DNA from: Malacoraja senta
Taxonomy: Eukaryota
DNA length: 64,000 nt
Direction: 5' to 3'
Assembly: GCA_038087875.1 (NCBI GenBank)
Contig: CM075991.1
Location: 4,526,001 to 4,590,000 of the forward strand
Of this stretch, positions 25,298-39,859 are shown piece after piece. The notes below the pieces were generated by a model. That model had not been told where the DNA came from. It searched no databases and was given only the letters and a program-made list of their open reading frames with translations. Both the position numbers and the translations under genes were made by a program. Each line of letters begins with the position of its first letter. The stretch's first letter is position 1.

Positions 25298-26110
25298 GCC
25301 TCACGAGAAGGTCGCAGGTCGACAAGAGCTCTATGAACCCAACGTCGAAGGTGCAGGCATTAATTGGCCTTATCTGCACACGGGTTATGATTGTTGTGAA
25401 TGTAGGTAAAAGGGGCTTCTGGAATAAACGTGACACAAGGTGTCTGGCTCAGCTAAGTGTCGTTTGTTCTTTGCTTTCTGTCGTGGGATTCAGTACATCC
25501 TACAATTGGTGACCCCGTTGCCACACTCAACCTTCCACTTACTCACGAAACGTATATGACGATAAAAGTGACACGGTGTCAGTCGACGAAGTAAAACTCG
25601 ACGTCCCAACTCATTTTACAACCAACGCGAGAGCGTGCCTTTCAATACTAGAAACTTGATTTCACTCCCACCGTCAAACAACTGCACATATCTGCTCACT
25701 TGGGAAGACCGGTTCACAAGATGGCAAGATGCTATCCCAGTCATCAACATTTCAGCGGAAACAATAGCCCATGTTTTTGTTGACCAATGGATTTCGGTCT
25801 TTGGGGTCCCAAGTACAACCACAAGTTCGAGTCTGCGTCGTTTCAAACACTAACCGACCTCTTGGGTACGGACCGGATTCGAACGACTGCGTATCATCCA
25901 CAAGCGAACGGCCTGATTGAACGGTTCCATCGCCAATTGAAAGCCGCTCTGGCAGCCGGAGAAGACGCATTGAACTGGAGTGAACGGTTGCCTGGGGTTC
26001 TGCTTGGCATTCGTACTGCGGTGAAAGCAGATCTAGGATGTTCGTCGGCGGAAATGGTTTACGACACAACTCTGATGCTGACTGGTGAATTTGTCGAACC
26101 AATCCCCACT
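25298..26110 (+). mobile_element. Gypsy-like LTR retrotransposon relic (LTR 3' end, PBS, integrase core)
   Basis: AATAAA near 25423, ...TACA then TGGTGACCCC at 25507; DRFTRW, WISVFGVP and TTAYHPQANGLIERFHRQLK integrase motifs with frameshift. Confidence 0.88.
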
Positions 26111-26963
26111 AGTGTAAACATTCTCTCTATCTAGACCTCTCATTATTCGGTAGGTTTAATTGAGCTCCCCAATCATCCTTCTAAACTCCAGCGACCACAG
26201 GCCCGAAGACTTCAAACGCTCCTCATACGTTAATCCAATCATCCCTGGGTTAATTCACGTAAACCTCATTAGACCCAATCCAATGCCAGCACATCCTTCC
26301 TCGGATATGGGGTCCAAAACTGCTCACAATATTCCGAATATGGCCTGACCAGCACCATATAAAGCCTCAGCATTACATCCTTGACCTACAATAGATGTCT
26401 CACGCTAAATGTTAACTAACAGACCACAGTATATCACTAAAGACAAAAAATGCTGGAGTAACTCAGTGGGACAGGCAGCATCTCTGGATAGAAGGAATGG
26501 ATGATATTTGGGTCGAGACCCTTCTTCAGTTCTTCTCTCCAGAGATGTTACCTGTCCCGCTGAGTTACTCCAGCATTTTGTGTCTATCTTCGGTTTAAGC
26601 CAGCATCTGCAGTTCCTTTCTACAACAGTATATCACCGTGCCCAGCGTCGCGGTGAAGATCGTGCCAACCTTTTCAAGTGCTTTATGGTTGTGCAGAATC
26701 ATTAACAAGTGGAAAAGTAACTGCTCCAGTAGTTTTGAGAACCAAAACTAGACACGTTGAGAGGAAATGTTTAACCTTCTCATAAGGTGGAAAAGTACGA
26801 GATGAACTATTTCCCCAGCAACGTTAATAGTGTAAAATATAAATTGGTGTAAAACTCGCGATGTACCTGATTCAGACAACGAATGGGTTAGAATAAAATT
26901 GTCCCCATTTTGATTGTATTTACAATGCCGCCTTGTGTAGTAAGCTGCATTTTATCTCTGTCA

Positions 26964-27372
<409 letters not shown>

Positions 27373-30300
27373 TGAGAGATGACAGATGAAATGCAGCTTG
27401 CTCATTATGCTGGCATATATATATATATATGAGAGATGACAGAGATAATATATATATAATATTTTAAAATGTTATATAAAATCTGTCATATTGCATCTTT
27501 TGAAATTGGTTAAAAGAATTCAAAAGAGATGTTTAGTGGCAGTAATTGTAAATCACAAAGGTTTTATCTCATGCAAAGGTATTTTGAAAATGCAGTCCTG
27601 GACGTGCATAGAAAGTTAAGTGTGCTTTGCCAATGCACTCGGCTGCAAGTCAAGATTATGCTTCCAGGGAGTGAAGCGGAAAATTATGATGACCAGACAG
27701 CACCCTGACAACCTGTTAGAAGCAAACCACTCCCCAGAAGGCATGCACAATGTGAATATACTTCAACACAACAACCCCAAACATATGCACCAATGGATCA
27801 GAAAGAGATCCCGTTTGTCTGGGTACAGTTATGAACCACATGTATAACTGTAGCCTCCATTGGCATTAGTTAATATTGTCCACAACCACCCATGCAGCCT
27901 GTCTCCCATTATCATTCATTCCACTTTTGTCGTCTCTGCACTGATTGTTTGCTTTTTGATGGCCTCCTGCCTTTTCCTTTTGTTGCCTGATCTTTCCGTC
28001 TCCCACCAGTTTCAGCATCCCCAAGCTTCCTAACAATGGGGGGGTATGCAAGCTTTTAAGGCTACAAGCTGTCTCACTTCATGTGCATTGTATATTTCTC
28101 CTTTCATTCCCACCATCCAGTTGACACTATAAATGACATGAAGATTTTACTGTACAGATGGAAGTCATTTTCAACATTTTGCTCCAAAGAGCTCCAAGCC
28201 CTCTACTCTATTCTCAACATCTTTGATTGGCGGATACAGCATGGGAACAGGCCCTTCAGTCCACTCCGACCATCGATCAGCCGTTCACGTTCGTTTTATG
28301 TTATCCCACATTCGCATCCACTCCCTACACACAATTAATCTACAACCCGTGCATCTTTGGGATGTGGGAAGAGAGAAGCCTACGCAAACGTGCAAACTCC
28401 ACTCAAACAGTACCCGAGGTCAAGATTGAACCTGGGTCTCTGGCGCTGCGAGGCAGCAACTCTACCAGCTGCACCACTGTGCTGCCCTATTGCACTATTT
28501 CCTTTTCATTTTCTTACCATTCACCATTTTAAAGTTCAACAAAATCCAATAGCCCTTCAAGTCAATTAATTCCAAATCATCACAACTCATGCAAGAAAAG
28601 ATTCTCCTCATTTCCCCGCTGGTTCTGTTTGAAATGAACTCAAGTCGGGTTAGTTGTTAATATTAGATCAGGTTAAATGGTTTCCACCTGCCTTTTCTAT
28701 TTCTCCTTTATTTTTCATTAATTATTCCATGGTCTCAATGTACGATGCCCAATGTATTAAAAAACCCCAGTACTGCAAGATAGGGATGTTCATAAGTTAT
28801 AGGAGCAGAATTAGGCTGATCTATCTTTCCCTCTCAACCCCATTTTCCTGCCTTATCCCCATAACCCCTGACACCTATACTAATAAAGAATCAGTCAATC
28901 TCCGCGTCAGAAATATCCATTGACTTGGCCTCCACAGCCGTCTGTGGAAATGGATTCCACAATGTCACAGAGTAACGTATTTAACCAGTGATAGATCCCT
29001 ATCATGTGACTTCCATTTATTTTTGTTTTGATTTCAATGATCAGTACACACTGGAAGATATCAAATCCTAGACCCGGTGAGTAGTTCCAGCATACTACTT
29101 CTAATTGAAATTGGCTGTTGAGTTCCCCTTTCAATCACAGTTCTGATTGGGACAGAGTCAACATTTCAGGCCGATTAATTTCCAGCAGAGCCTTGTTTGA
29201 AGTTTGATGGACCAAAGCACCACTAATGATCCACCTTCACAACGAACAACTTTTCTTAACTATCTTAACAAAGGACAACTTTTCACCACAAATTGCCACA
29301 TTCTACAACATGGTTTACAAGGAAGAGACTAGCTTTAACCACATTAATGCAAGAATTCCAGTCTATTTATACAAGAAGGTCCACGGTCAAGAGAGAAAAC
29401 CTATCAATGACAACATCTAAAAATCTTCACATTTGACTCACCCTTCACTGTCCATGACATGGAGTGAGACAAAATCCTATTTCCTTAACGCAATTTCTCA
29501 TTAAATTCTCAACAAGCAGTGAAATAATGTAAACGTTTGATCCTTTCAGAAGGATACAGAGCTTAAGGGTAGGTTCCTACAACAGGCCTCACAATGTAGA
29601 AACTCTGGAGTAACGACATGAAAGTTTCACCACTCAAGAAGAACCGCTGTCAGTAAAATTACAACAACTCAACATTGGGTTAGCCGGAGACCCAGGAAAT
29701 GGCTCCACTATGTTCAGAAAAGCAGAAATATTTCGACAAAATATAACAGACACTTTAACTTGCTTTGACAATTGTCAGATGGAAATGATGACTATCTATT
29801 TTGGGACCTTTTTTTTAAACAGAGGTCCCACCTTGTTGCTGAATGACCAAACTGATTGTTACATGTGCCTTATTTTGAATCAATCCATTGAACGCACTCT
29901 GTTCTTGTTATTTTGGTGCACAATATCTCGGATAATGTGGGTGCTGCCTTAAGCCCACAGTGCCCAAGGATTATGTGCGATGCAAGCACATGATCCCTAA
30001 ATAAGGCATAGCAGTCAATTGGAGCAATGGGAGCAATGTGCTGGATCATATGCGGTCTTCAAATGTTCGTTCGTAGATTGAAAACATATGTGCATATAAT
30101 CTTCTGTCTAATCACTGAAATGATAGATGAGATGATCTTTCCCATCAGATGCTAAAGGAATGAAGATGGGACGAGTTTAGTTTAGAGATACAACATGGAA
30201 ACAGGCCCTTCGGCCCACCGAGACCATGCCAACTGAAGGTCATCATCTTTTTTTCTGATTCCTTTCATGTTTGGTTTCCCTATTAACTTTAGAAAAGGAG

Positions 30301-31215
30301 AATGTCCCTGAAACAAGCCGGCACTTGTACACTAACACTGTACGCATGTGAATGCACAGCAGCTGTGCCCGTTTACTATGATCCTGGATCAGTTTTCCAA
30401 TGGTTGTCCTGTTGACTTAGTGCAGTTCAGTCAAAATGCAGTAGAAAATCTGTGATTTTCGTTTTAGTAAAATATCACATTTTGAAAATGATCGCATGCA
30501 GAAAAAGAAGCATTTCTCCCTGCTAGAATTGTAAATCTCCAGGGTGTTGCGAGGAAAAATCATCTACATGTTTGGTTACAGTCCCATATCACCTCATATT
30601 GCAAGCAAAGTGAGACACAGGGTCACACATGCACTGCCTTGCAACTCCTGCGACCCACATGGAAAGTAGAAAAGGGACGGCATCGTTCCCGATTCAGATC
30701 TAGTTGCTCATAAATTCTGTTTATTTTTTACTTAATCTTGAATACAAAAGGTGTACATCTTGTACATATGCTTAGTGTGCAAATGTGGAAACAACAAATT
30801 CAGGGATTGCCTTGCAATTCAACTGTTCATCCTCAAGTGAAAAGAAATAAGCTTATTCCTCTGTTTCCATGAATTATGAACCCTGATTTATTCTTGCTTA
30901 AGAGTAGGTGTTATGTGTGAATATGAATTCAGCAGAGCATCCAGATTTGTACCCAAATATGATTCCCGGAATATATATCAATTTGTAGTCAATCTGGCTC
31001 AGCCAGAGCAAGGTCCATGCAAGGAGTATCATGCTTTCTAGAACTGAACCATTGTGCTAGACAACCAACTCATGTCAACAACAAGGTTTAATAAAGTCAC
31101 CAGTTACTGCTTTGCAGTCTAATATCTCTCACCTATTTGCCACAGTCTGATTTGATTTACAAAGCAGAAAAAAATCTGTGTCACCTAATCTGACAAGCCA
31201 GTATATTGCACCTTG

Positions 31216-31425
31216 GTGCATGTGCTTGTGTGTGTGTGTGTGTGTGTGTGCGTGCATGTGAGCTTGCCTGTGTGCACATGCGTGTGTGTGCATGCACGTG
31301 CGCATCTGTGTGTGTGTGTGTGTGCATGTGTGTGTTAGCGAGTCTGTGTGTGTATGCGTGCACGTGTGCGTGTCTGTCTGTGCGCGGATCTGTATGTGCA
31401 CGTCTGTGTCTGTGTGTGCGCGTGC
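31216..31425. repeat. Imperfect (TG)n tract in the probable RHOBTB2 3' UTR
   Basis: Direct inspection; about 200 bp downstream of the stop codon. Confidence 0.9.
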
Positions 31426-31621
31426 AAGAGACAGACAGAGGGAGTAATTTAGCACTGACTGTCAGGAAATAAAAACTCACGTTGATTGCCTTGATCTAGC
31501 CAGACTATAGAGGTCTGGTTGTTGGTCGTTAAAACCTAATAAGTGTCTGGCTGACTTAGAAGAAGGCCTTCAAACTGCTGGATGCTGGATTCACTGCGAG
31601 TTCGTTGATCCACGCACGTCT

Positions 31622-31815
31622 TCAGATGACAGTGGAGGAGGATGAAGCTGTAGAAGAGGAGCTCGTATTCCAGAAGAACCACTTGTGCTTCAGCTGACGT
31701 TTCTGGCACAAGTAGTCCTCCTTGTCACGCTCTCTGCGCGCTCGCTGGTAATGGTCATCTTCTTTGAGAAACCAGACAGGAGGCCAACGGTGCTTTTCAA
31801 AATAGTCCTGGTTTT
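31622..31815 (-). CDS. RHOBTB2: RHOBTB2 last coding exon: [64 protein letters not shown]
   Basis: ORF 31622..31825; ctttcag acceptor, HRWPPVW motif of the RhoBTB C-terminus, TGA stop. Confidence 0.93.
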
Positions 31816-32590
31816 CTGAAAGCACATGTCAGTAAAACTGTTAGTAAAATGTTGGGCACACTCTCTCTCTCTCTCTGTGTGTCTCTTGCACATGCGCACA
31901 CACACACACATGTGCACAGACTGAGAGCCAGGGAAGAGGGAGACTGGAGATATGGAAGGGAAAGGGCTGTCTTGTCCAGTGGTGTGGACTGTCTCCATTT
32001 CAAACCAATTAGGACCAGAAGGATAAAGCTTCATTTATACAGCACACGTCACAATCTGAGGATACTCCACACACCTGAAACTAATGGCATACTTTTGAAG
32101 AGTACTATTGTGTAATGTTTTAGTTTTACAGATACAGCGCGGAAACAGGCCCTTCAGCCCATTGAGTCCACGCCAGCCACCGATCACCCCCAGATGCTAG
32201 CACTATCCTACACACTAGGGACATATTACAGAAGCCAATTAACCTACTAACCTGCACATCTTTGGAAGGTGGGAGGAAACCAGAGCAAAACCCACGTGGT
32301 CACAGGGGGAACGTGCAAACTCCGTACAGATGACACCCGTAGTCAGGATGAAACCCAGTCTCTCTGACGTTGTAAAAAATTAACTCTACTGCTACACCAC
32401 TGTGCCACCCTAATATAATAAGTAGGGCTATACATTTGTTTATAGTAAGCTACCTCACAGTAACATTGAAAAAGTGTAGACAGGAATGCCTAATGCCCTG
32501 TTCACCATTGCCAGTGACTCCATCAAGTTAACTTCAGCTATGTACACCGCAAATACCAACAGCATGTATACCCGGGTGATAATGCTCTTA

Positions 32591-32947
32591 AGGGCCTGTC
32601 TCACTGTACGAGGTAATTCAAGAGATCTCCCGAGTTTTCCCCTGATTCGAACTCAGAGAATGTCCGTAGCGGGTCCGTAGGAGTTCGTGGATGTCTCGTA
32701 GCGGCTCGTACGAGTAACGGTAGGTACTCGGGAAATCCGATAAACTTGTGATGTTTTTTCAACACTGTGAAAAATGTCAACGATTAATAAAATACTCGTG
32801 ATGAAAAAAATGGTTACTATTTACTCGTACGAGCCGCTACGAGACGTCCACGAACTCCTACAGTCTCGCTACGGACATTCTCCGAGTTCGAATCAGGGGA
32901 AAACTCGGGAGAACTCTTGAATTACCTCGTACAGTGGGACAGGCCCT
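32591..32947. mobile_element. PIF/Harbinger-like MITE with ~125-bp inverted arms
   Basis: AGGGCCTGTCTCACTGTACGAGGTAATTC...GAATTACCTCGTACAGTGGGACAGGCCCT; flanks TTA and TGA; superfamily inferred from termini. Confidence 0.8.
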
Positions 32948-33643
32948 TGAAGCAACAAAAGGGAGCTTGGTTTAATGAAAAGCAAAAATATTCAGCAGGT
33001 TAACCAGCAAGATGGAAGAATAAAATTAGTTTTAATTTGTTGACTGTTTGATAGAACTAGGAAAAGTTTGAAGTAAATGTGCTCATAGGTTCGAGGAGCA
33101 GAATTAGGCCATTCGGCCCATCAAGTCTACTCCGCCATTCAATCATGGCTGATCTATATTTCCTTCTCAACCCCATTCTCCTGCCTTCTCCCCATAACCC
33201 TTGACACTCTCACTAATCAAGAAGCTGTCAATCCCTGCCTTAAAAATACCCAATGATTTGGCCTTGTCTGTGGCAATCAGTTTTCCATCCTGGGACATGA
33301 GAATGCTGTGGAGATGAAAAAAGTGGATATTTTTTTATTAGAACAGCACGGTGGCACAGCGGTAGAGCTACTGCCTTACAGCGCCAGAGACCCGGGTTCG
33401 ATCCTGACTATCTGTTCTATCTGTGCAGAGTTAGTACGTTCTCCAAGATCTTTGGTCTCCTCTCACACTCCAAAGATGTACAGGTTTGTAGGTTAAATGG
33501 CTTAGCATAAAAATGTTTTTAAAAAAAATTGTTCCTAGTGTGTGTAGGGTAGTGTTAATGTGCAGGGATCGCTGGTCGGTGCAGACTCAGTAGGCCGAAG
33601 TGCCTATTTCGGCCCACTGAGTCATAGTTTTCAAGATGAGTTA

Positions 33644-34219
33644 AGGCTCTGTCTTACGGTGTTGCAGTCATCGGCGGTGAAGCGCGGCTTTGCCTGTAGA
33701 GTGGACCGCACGGCAACGGCGAGAGCGCCGAGCCTATGCCACGGGAGCGCCGCACGGATGCTGCGCAGGGGCCGAGTGATTTAAATACGGCTGGTCCCAC
33801 GTGCTTGCGGTAAGTTAAAAAAAGGGCGGGCCGACTGCGATGACGTCATTTTGGATCTGCGGGGCTGTGGCGGCGGCCGTCCTGATCGCGGCGCTGTAGC
33901 GGTGGCTGTGGCGGCGGCCGTGCCGCACACGTGACTCACTAGCGGAGGCTGTGGCGGTGCAAGTTCGACACACGGCGCTCGAGCCACACTGGCGGCGGCT
34001 GTGGCGGCGGCCGTGCCGCACTCGTGCCTCACTGGCGGAGGCTGTGCGGTAGGGACATATTTTTGAACAGTGTTGGTTTTATTTTAGCACCGTATTTGGG
34101 AACAACGCCGCACGGCCCCGGAATTGTGCGTTTGACCGAGTGCGCGGTCTATGGCGGCTCAGGAGCGGTAGATTCTTCCCGTTTCGCTGCCAATGACCGC
34201 AGACTCGTGAGACAGGCCT
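33644..34219. mobile_element. GC-rich MITE with imperfect TIRs and internal tandem repeats
   Basis: AGGCTCTGTCTTACG... and ...CGTGAGACAGGCCT termini; internal repeats of ggcggctgtggcggcggccgtgccgcac. Confidence 0.65.
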
Positions 34220-34451
34220 TTTAGATTTAGCTCTTAGGGCTAAGGGAATCAAGGGGCATGGGGAGAAGGCAGGAACAGGGTGCTGACTTTGGATGATCAG
34301 CCATGATCATATTGAATGGCGGTGCTGGCTCGAGGGGCCAAATGGCCTATTTCAGCGCCTATTTGCCATGTATCTGTGTTTCTATGTATCTCTAAACTAA
34401 ACTAAACTAGAATTGTCCTGTTCTGAAACAAACTGGATTGACTACTTATCT

Positions 34452-34665
34452 ATAAATCGCTGTGTTTCCCGTGGTTGAATGGGAAGCTGCATGGGAATAA
34501 AAAGGTGGTGTTGGTGGAGGTTGAAGAATGTGTGACGGAATTACGGAGGGAACTGTTTCTATGGAGCGCTGAGAGGGTGGAGGTGGAAATCCTCCACTCT
34601 ATTCTGCTGCTTTGAAAACTGGGAATCTGTAGCAGGGAATGAGGACAAAAAACCTTCTGTAGAGA
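34452..34665 (-). mobile_element. Penelope-like ORF relic (RT to GIY-YIG linker)
   Basis: ORF 34450..34692 LSALHRNSSLRNSVTHSS...SFPFN resembles the PLE linker AFRRDxSLRDxLVHS...TFPCN. Confidence 0.5.
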
Positions 34666-34963
34666 GAAATATATTATCACTGCTACCAACAACCCAATGC
34701 CATGATATGTTCAAGCCTCCCTTGCTGTATATAACCAAATCACAAATTGTCATCAACATTTTTGTATTAAATAATTATAATTATTAATTATAGATGAATA
34801 AATTATTAACAATGATGCCACTATTTATGTTCATGGTGAATGAAGGGCTCGGTGGGGCTGAGTCGAGAGACAGGTTGAAATTCTGTGCTAGGCTTGAATT
34901 CCCCTTGAGTACAGTAAATGGAACAATGTTATTGCCGAATGAGGAAAGATATCAGGATCCTAC

Positions 34964-35069
34964 CAGGAGACTTTGCTTTCATTTCCCTGGGAAACTTGCG
35001 ACAGACGTTGTTGTAGTTTGTGCAGATGTGGTGCAGGCACCATTCAGACAGCTGATGGGCACAATGAAA
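34964..35069 (-). CDS. RHOBTB2: RHOBTB2 exon: [35 protein letters not shown]
   Basis: 106 bp, ttttgtctag acceptor, gtagga donor, phase 0-1; manual translation. Confidence 0.94.
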
Positions 35070-37944
35070 CTAGACAAAAAAAACAAGAGAGATACCAGTC
35101 AATTAATTAAATCCAACGTTTGGTCAATCACAGAGCATAGAGTTATAAAAAGTACAAATAGGCCCTTCAGCCCAACTTTTCCATACCGCCCAACATGCCC
35201 CATCTACATTTGTCCCACATGCCTATGTTTGGCCCATATCCAGCTAAACCTATCCTATCCACTTACTGTCCAAATGTTTCTTAAATGTTGCCATAGTACC
35301 TACCTCATCTACCTCCTCAGGCAACTTGTTCCATACACCCACCACCCTTTGTGTAACAAAGTTACCCTCAGGTTCCCCCCTCACCTCAAACCTATTCCCC
35401 TACTCTGGGTAAAAGACTCTGAGCATATACCCTATTTATTCCTCTCATGGTCTTATACACCTCTATACAATCACTGCTCCTCCATTTGCACTTCAAGGAA
35501 TAAAGTCCCATCCTGCTCAACCTCTCCCTGTAGCTCAGGCCTTCGATTCTTGGCAACATTTCTGTAACTCTTCTGTGCACCCTTTCCATCTTAACATCTT
35601 TCCTATAAGAGGGTGACCAAACCTGAACACAATACTCTAATTGTGGCCACACCAATGTCTTGTACAATGGTAACCTGACCTCCCAACCTCTATCAACTAT
35701 CATGACTAACTCCACCATTTAGATTCATAGCCTTGTGGTTTATGGTTCTTGCAGTGCTCTTCCAGAAGCTTGTAACCAAGTTGACTATTTCTGTCTTTAT
35801 CACCCTTTCAGACAGGGTCCAGAATCCACTCCAGTTTTGGGAGCCCTAGCATGGAAAAGGATTCTGACTATTTTGGGTGGTGCGGCTGGTAGAGCTGCTG
35901 CTTCACAGCACCAGAGACCTTGGTTCGATCCTGACATCGGGTGCTGTCCGTGTGGAAGTCTGCACATTCTCCCCGTGACCGCATGGGTTTCCCCCGGGCC
36001 CTCCGGTTTCCTCCCACATCCCGAAGATGTGTGGGTTTGTAGGTTAATTAGTTCTCTGTAAATTGCCCCTGTTGTGTGAGAGTGGGATAACATAGAAGCA
36101 GTATGAACGGGTGATCGATGGTCGGCGTGGTCTCAATGGGCCGAAGGCCTGTTTCCTCGCTGTATCTCTAAACTAAAATAAACTGTAGCTGAATTGTAAT
36201 GTTTCTTCAATTCTTCTTTGTGTCTTTTATTGATCATTGGAAATCAAAGTCCTATTTTTTTTTAAACTTTCTGTGATGGGAAATTCATCCTTCCCTTCAA
36301 CGATATCCAGGCCTCTCATAATTTTATGAAACTTGATTAAATCTACTTACATCCTCCCTTGTTTTACGTTTAAAAACTCCAGCCTAGCCAAACTTCTTAA
36401 TGAAAATACTGCATCCCTGTCAACATGCTCGTAGATCTCTGCAATCTCTCTTGTAGTTTTAGTTTAGTTTAGCGATACTAAACCTCGGCCCACCGAGTCC
36501 ACGCAGACCACGATCCCCGCACATTAACATTATCCTACACCCACTTGGGACAATTTACACATACACCAAACCAATTAACCTACAAACCTGTACGGCTTTG
36601 GAATGTGGGAGGAAACCGAAGAACTCGGAGAAAACCCACATGGTCACGTGGAGAACGTGCAAACTCCGTACAAACAGCACCCGTAGTCGGGATCGAACCT
36701 GGGTCTCCGGCGCTGCAAGCACTGTAAGGCAGCAACTCTACCGCTGCACCACCGTGCCGCCCATATGTACTATCACATATCGTGACCAGAAGTGAACCTG
36801 ATACATCAGACCCGCTAAACTATACAACACCAGCTTCCTCTTCTTACATTCTACTCCTTGGCTAATAAAGATAAGTATCCAGTCTTTCCAATCACCTTCT
36901 TCACTTTAGATTAAAGTTGCAGCATGGAAACAGGCTCTTCGCCCCACCAAGTCCATGCTAACCCACATACCCGCACGTTTTGGGGATGTGGGAGGAAACC
37001 GGAGCACCCGGAGGAAACGCACGCTGTGACAGGGAGAATGTGCAAACTCCACACAGACAGCACCCAGGGTCGGGATTGAACCTGGGTCCCTGGTGCCATG
37101 AGGGGGCAGATCGACCAGCTGCGCCACCGTGCCGCCCTAAACCTGTCCAACTACCTTTGGATGTTGCCTGGCCCGGCGTTTCAATTATGAGGAGAGACTG
37201 CAGAGGCTGGGCTTGTTTAACTTGGGGAGAGGAGGCTGAGAGATGACCTGATCGTTATACCAATGAGCACATTTTCTCCATAGCAGTGTTATCTAAACGT
37301 CGAGGACATAGGTTGAGAGAAAGGAGGAAGAGGCTTCGAGGGGAAGAGTGGGATTAGTATAGATAGGCCCTTGATGGGAGGCATGGACATAGTGGGCTGA
37401 AGGATATAGTTCTGTGCTGTATGACTAGGACTGTTCAAATGGACGATGTGCTACTATCTTTGAGGAACTCAGAATAAAAGGACTTTCTTTTAAAAAGGAG
37501 GAGGAATTTCTTTAGTCAGAGGGTGGTGAATCCGTGGAATTCATTGCCTCGAACGACTGTGAAGGCCAAGTCAATGGATATTTTTAAGGCAGAGATTGAC
37601 AGATTCTTGATACAGATGTCAGGGGTTATGGGGAGAAGGCAGGAGAATGGGGCTGAGAGGGACAGGTAGATCAGCCACGATTGAATGGCGGAATAGACCT
37701 GATGGGCCAAATTGCCTAATTCTGCTCCTTTGATTTAAGAACCATAACTGGGCAGACTCTACATCTCTTGCCAGTGGCAGCCTCATCCTGTGATAGAATT
37801 TCAAATTTCATTAGCATGGAATCTTTAAAAAGAAATGTCAGTATTGCACTCAGCGTTAATGTCTGCCTGTGTGAAGCCTCTGCCAGCTCAAAGCCCGAGG
37901 ATCACTGCAACTGCAGAGCACTCTTACGTCTACAGCCAACCGGG

Positions 37945-38518
37945 CAATACGAGCCTCTACTTCCTGAGAAGATTACGGAGAGTCGGTATCTCGAACTTCT
38001 ACAGGTGCACAGTAGAGAGCATGCTGACCGGTTGCATCGTGGCTTGGTTCGGCAACTTGAGCGCCCAGGAGCGGAAAAGGCTGCACAAAGTTGTAAACAC
38101 TGCCCAGTCCATCATCGGCTCTGACCTCCCTACCATCGAGGGGATCTACCACAGTCGCTGCCTCAAAAAGGCTGGCAGCATCATCAAGGACCCTCAGCAT
38201 CCTGACCACACACTCATCTCCCCGCTACCTTCAGGCAGAAGGTACAGGAATCTGAAATCTGCAACATCCAGGTTCAGGAACAGCTCCTTCCCTCAGCCAT
38301 CAGACTATTAAACTCAACTCAAACAAAAATCTGAACTTTAATAGCCTATTGCACTTTATATGCTTATTTATGTGTATAATATATATTCAATGGCATATAG
38401 ACACACTGATCTGTTCTGTATTTATTTATGCCTACAATATTCTGTTGTGCTGAAGCAAAGCAAGAATTTCATTGTCCTATCTGGGACACATGACGATCAA
38501 CTCTCTTGAACTTGAACA
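37945..38518 (+). mobile_element. Rex1/Babar-type LINE 3' end
   Basis: ORF 37835..38311 LYFLRRLRR...FYRCTVESMLTGCIVAWFGN...LPSGRRYR...RFRNSSFPQ; tail cttgaacttgaa. Confidence 0.82.
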
Positions 38519-38591
38519 TGCCACGAGGAGTATTTAATCTGGTTTTGAGTATTTTATGGTCCCAATTAATTTAGATCGTAACAGCTTTTAC

Positions 38592-38680
38592 CTGCGCAAT
38601 GTCCAAGAACAGTAAAACGTCTCCATCCATGTCCACACCCTGCTGAGTTGCTTCAATCAACCCACATACAGTGTACTGCT
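38592..38680 (-). CDS. RHOBTB2: RHOBTB2 exon: [30 protein letters not shown]
   Basis: 89 bp, tgttgcag acceptor, gtaaaa donor, phase 1-0. Confidence 0.92.
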
Positions 38681-39859
38681 CTGCAACAGAGGAATTGAAT
38701 TGTTTAATTAGTGCCTGAGACATTGGCTTCCAACAGCTGACTATAATCAATGGTTCAATGGTACTTTATTTTACTTTAATGGTTACCGAGGGACAGTGGA
38801 ATTCCCTTTTTGCATTCTTAGCCGTAAAACTATTACTATACGTAAAAGCACAATCTTAGATTAAGTACAAGTTTAAGTATAGGAGTGGTCCAGTGAGACA
38901 ATGTGCAAGAGTCACCAGATTTTGGCACCTTTTTCAAATCCAAGTTTGATAAAAGTTGTTATCAGTGAACAACTTGCACGCAGGCACAGTCTCCACAACA
39001 CAAAAGTCACACGGAACAAGGATGAAATGACGAGTTGAATGTTGATACAAGGGAGCAGAGGTTAAGATTATTTTTTGGTGAGAGGGAAAGTTTAATGGAG
39101 ATGTGTGGAGCGAGTTTTATTTTTCACACAGAGAGTGGTGGGGGTTTGGAACGCATTGCCAGGGGTGGTGGTGGAGGAGGCAGATACAATAGTGGTGTTT
39201 AAGAGGCTTATAGATAGGCACATGGAAGTGCTAGGAATAGAGGGATATGCATCATGTACGGGCAGATGAGATCATTTGAACTAGGCGTCACGTTCGACGT
39301 AAACATTTTGGGCCGAAGAGCCCAATTCCTGTGCATGTTCTGGCTACGTTCCATGTGTATAGCCATTGTGAGCTGGCGGAGGAAGTAATAAATATTTAGT
39401 GCCAAATAAGTGAGCTCTTTGGCATGATATCAAACTCTGGGTGCCGTTTGAGCTGAGGATTTGTCCTGTCTTTTGTGACCAGGGCACACTTAAATAATTT
39501 TCTACATGGCTGTGTAGAATGCCTGTTTTGTGGATGAACTGGAACAGTTTGGCTAGAATCTATTCTAACATGCAGAACTTCAGTACTATAGCTGGATGTG
39601 GTACCATAGCTTTTTCTGTAATCAATTGTGTTACCTAAGAAACCTTGTGCTGTAGAAAATCATATTATAAAGACGGTGGTGTGAAAGGGGAGGGGTGTTG
39701 GGGGGGGGGGGGGGATAAGGCTGGAGAGTTTCAGACACAAAAATAATGTTATTCTTCTGCACAATTTTCAAAAGGATCTTTTCAATAGCATTTAATTTGT
39801 TTTTGTAACTGCAAGCTAACAATACTAAAAGCTGCATGTTACACTGTTTAATAGACTAT

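Noticed and set aside
30720..30892. AATAAA hexamers on the minus strand as the RHOBTB2 polyA signal
   Set aside because: Several candidates in AT-rich sequence; cannot choose without 3'-end data
34794..35567. Longest ORF in the track (257 aa, + strand)
   Set aside because: Chance read-through antisense to a RHOBTB2 exon and a CR1 fragment; no coherent protein
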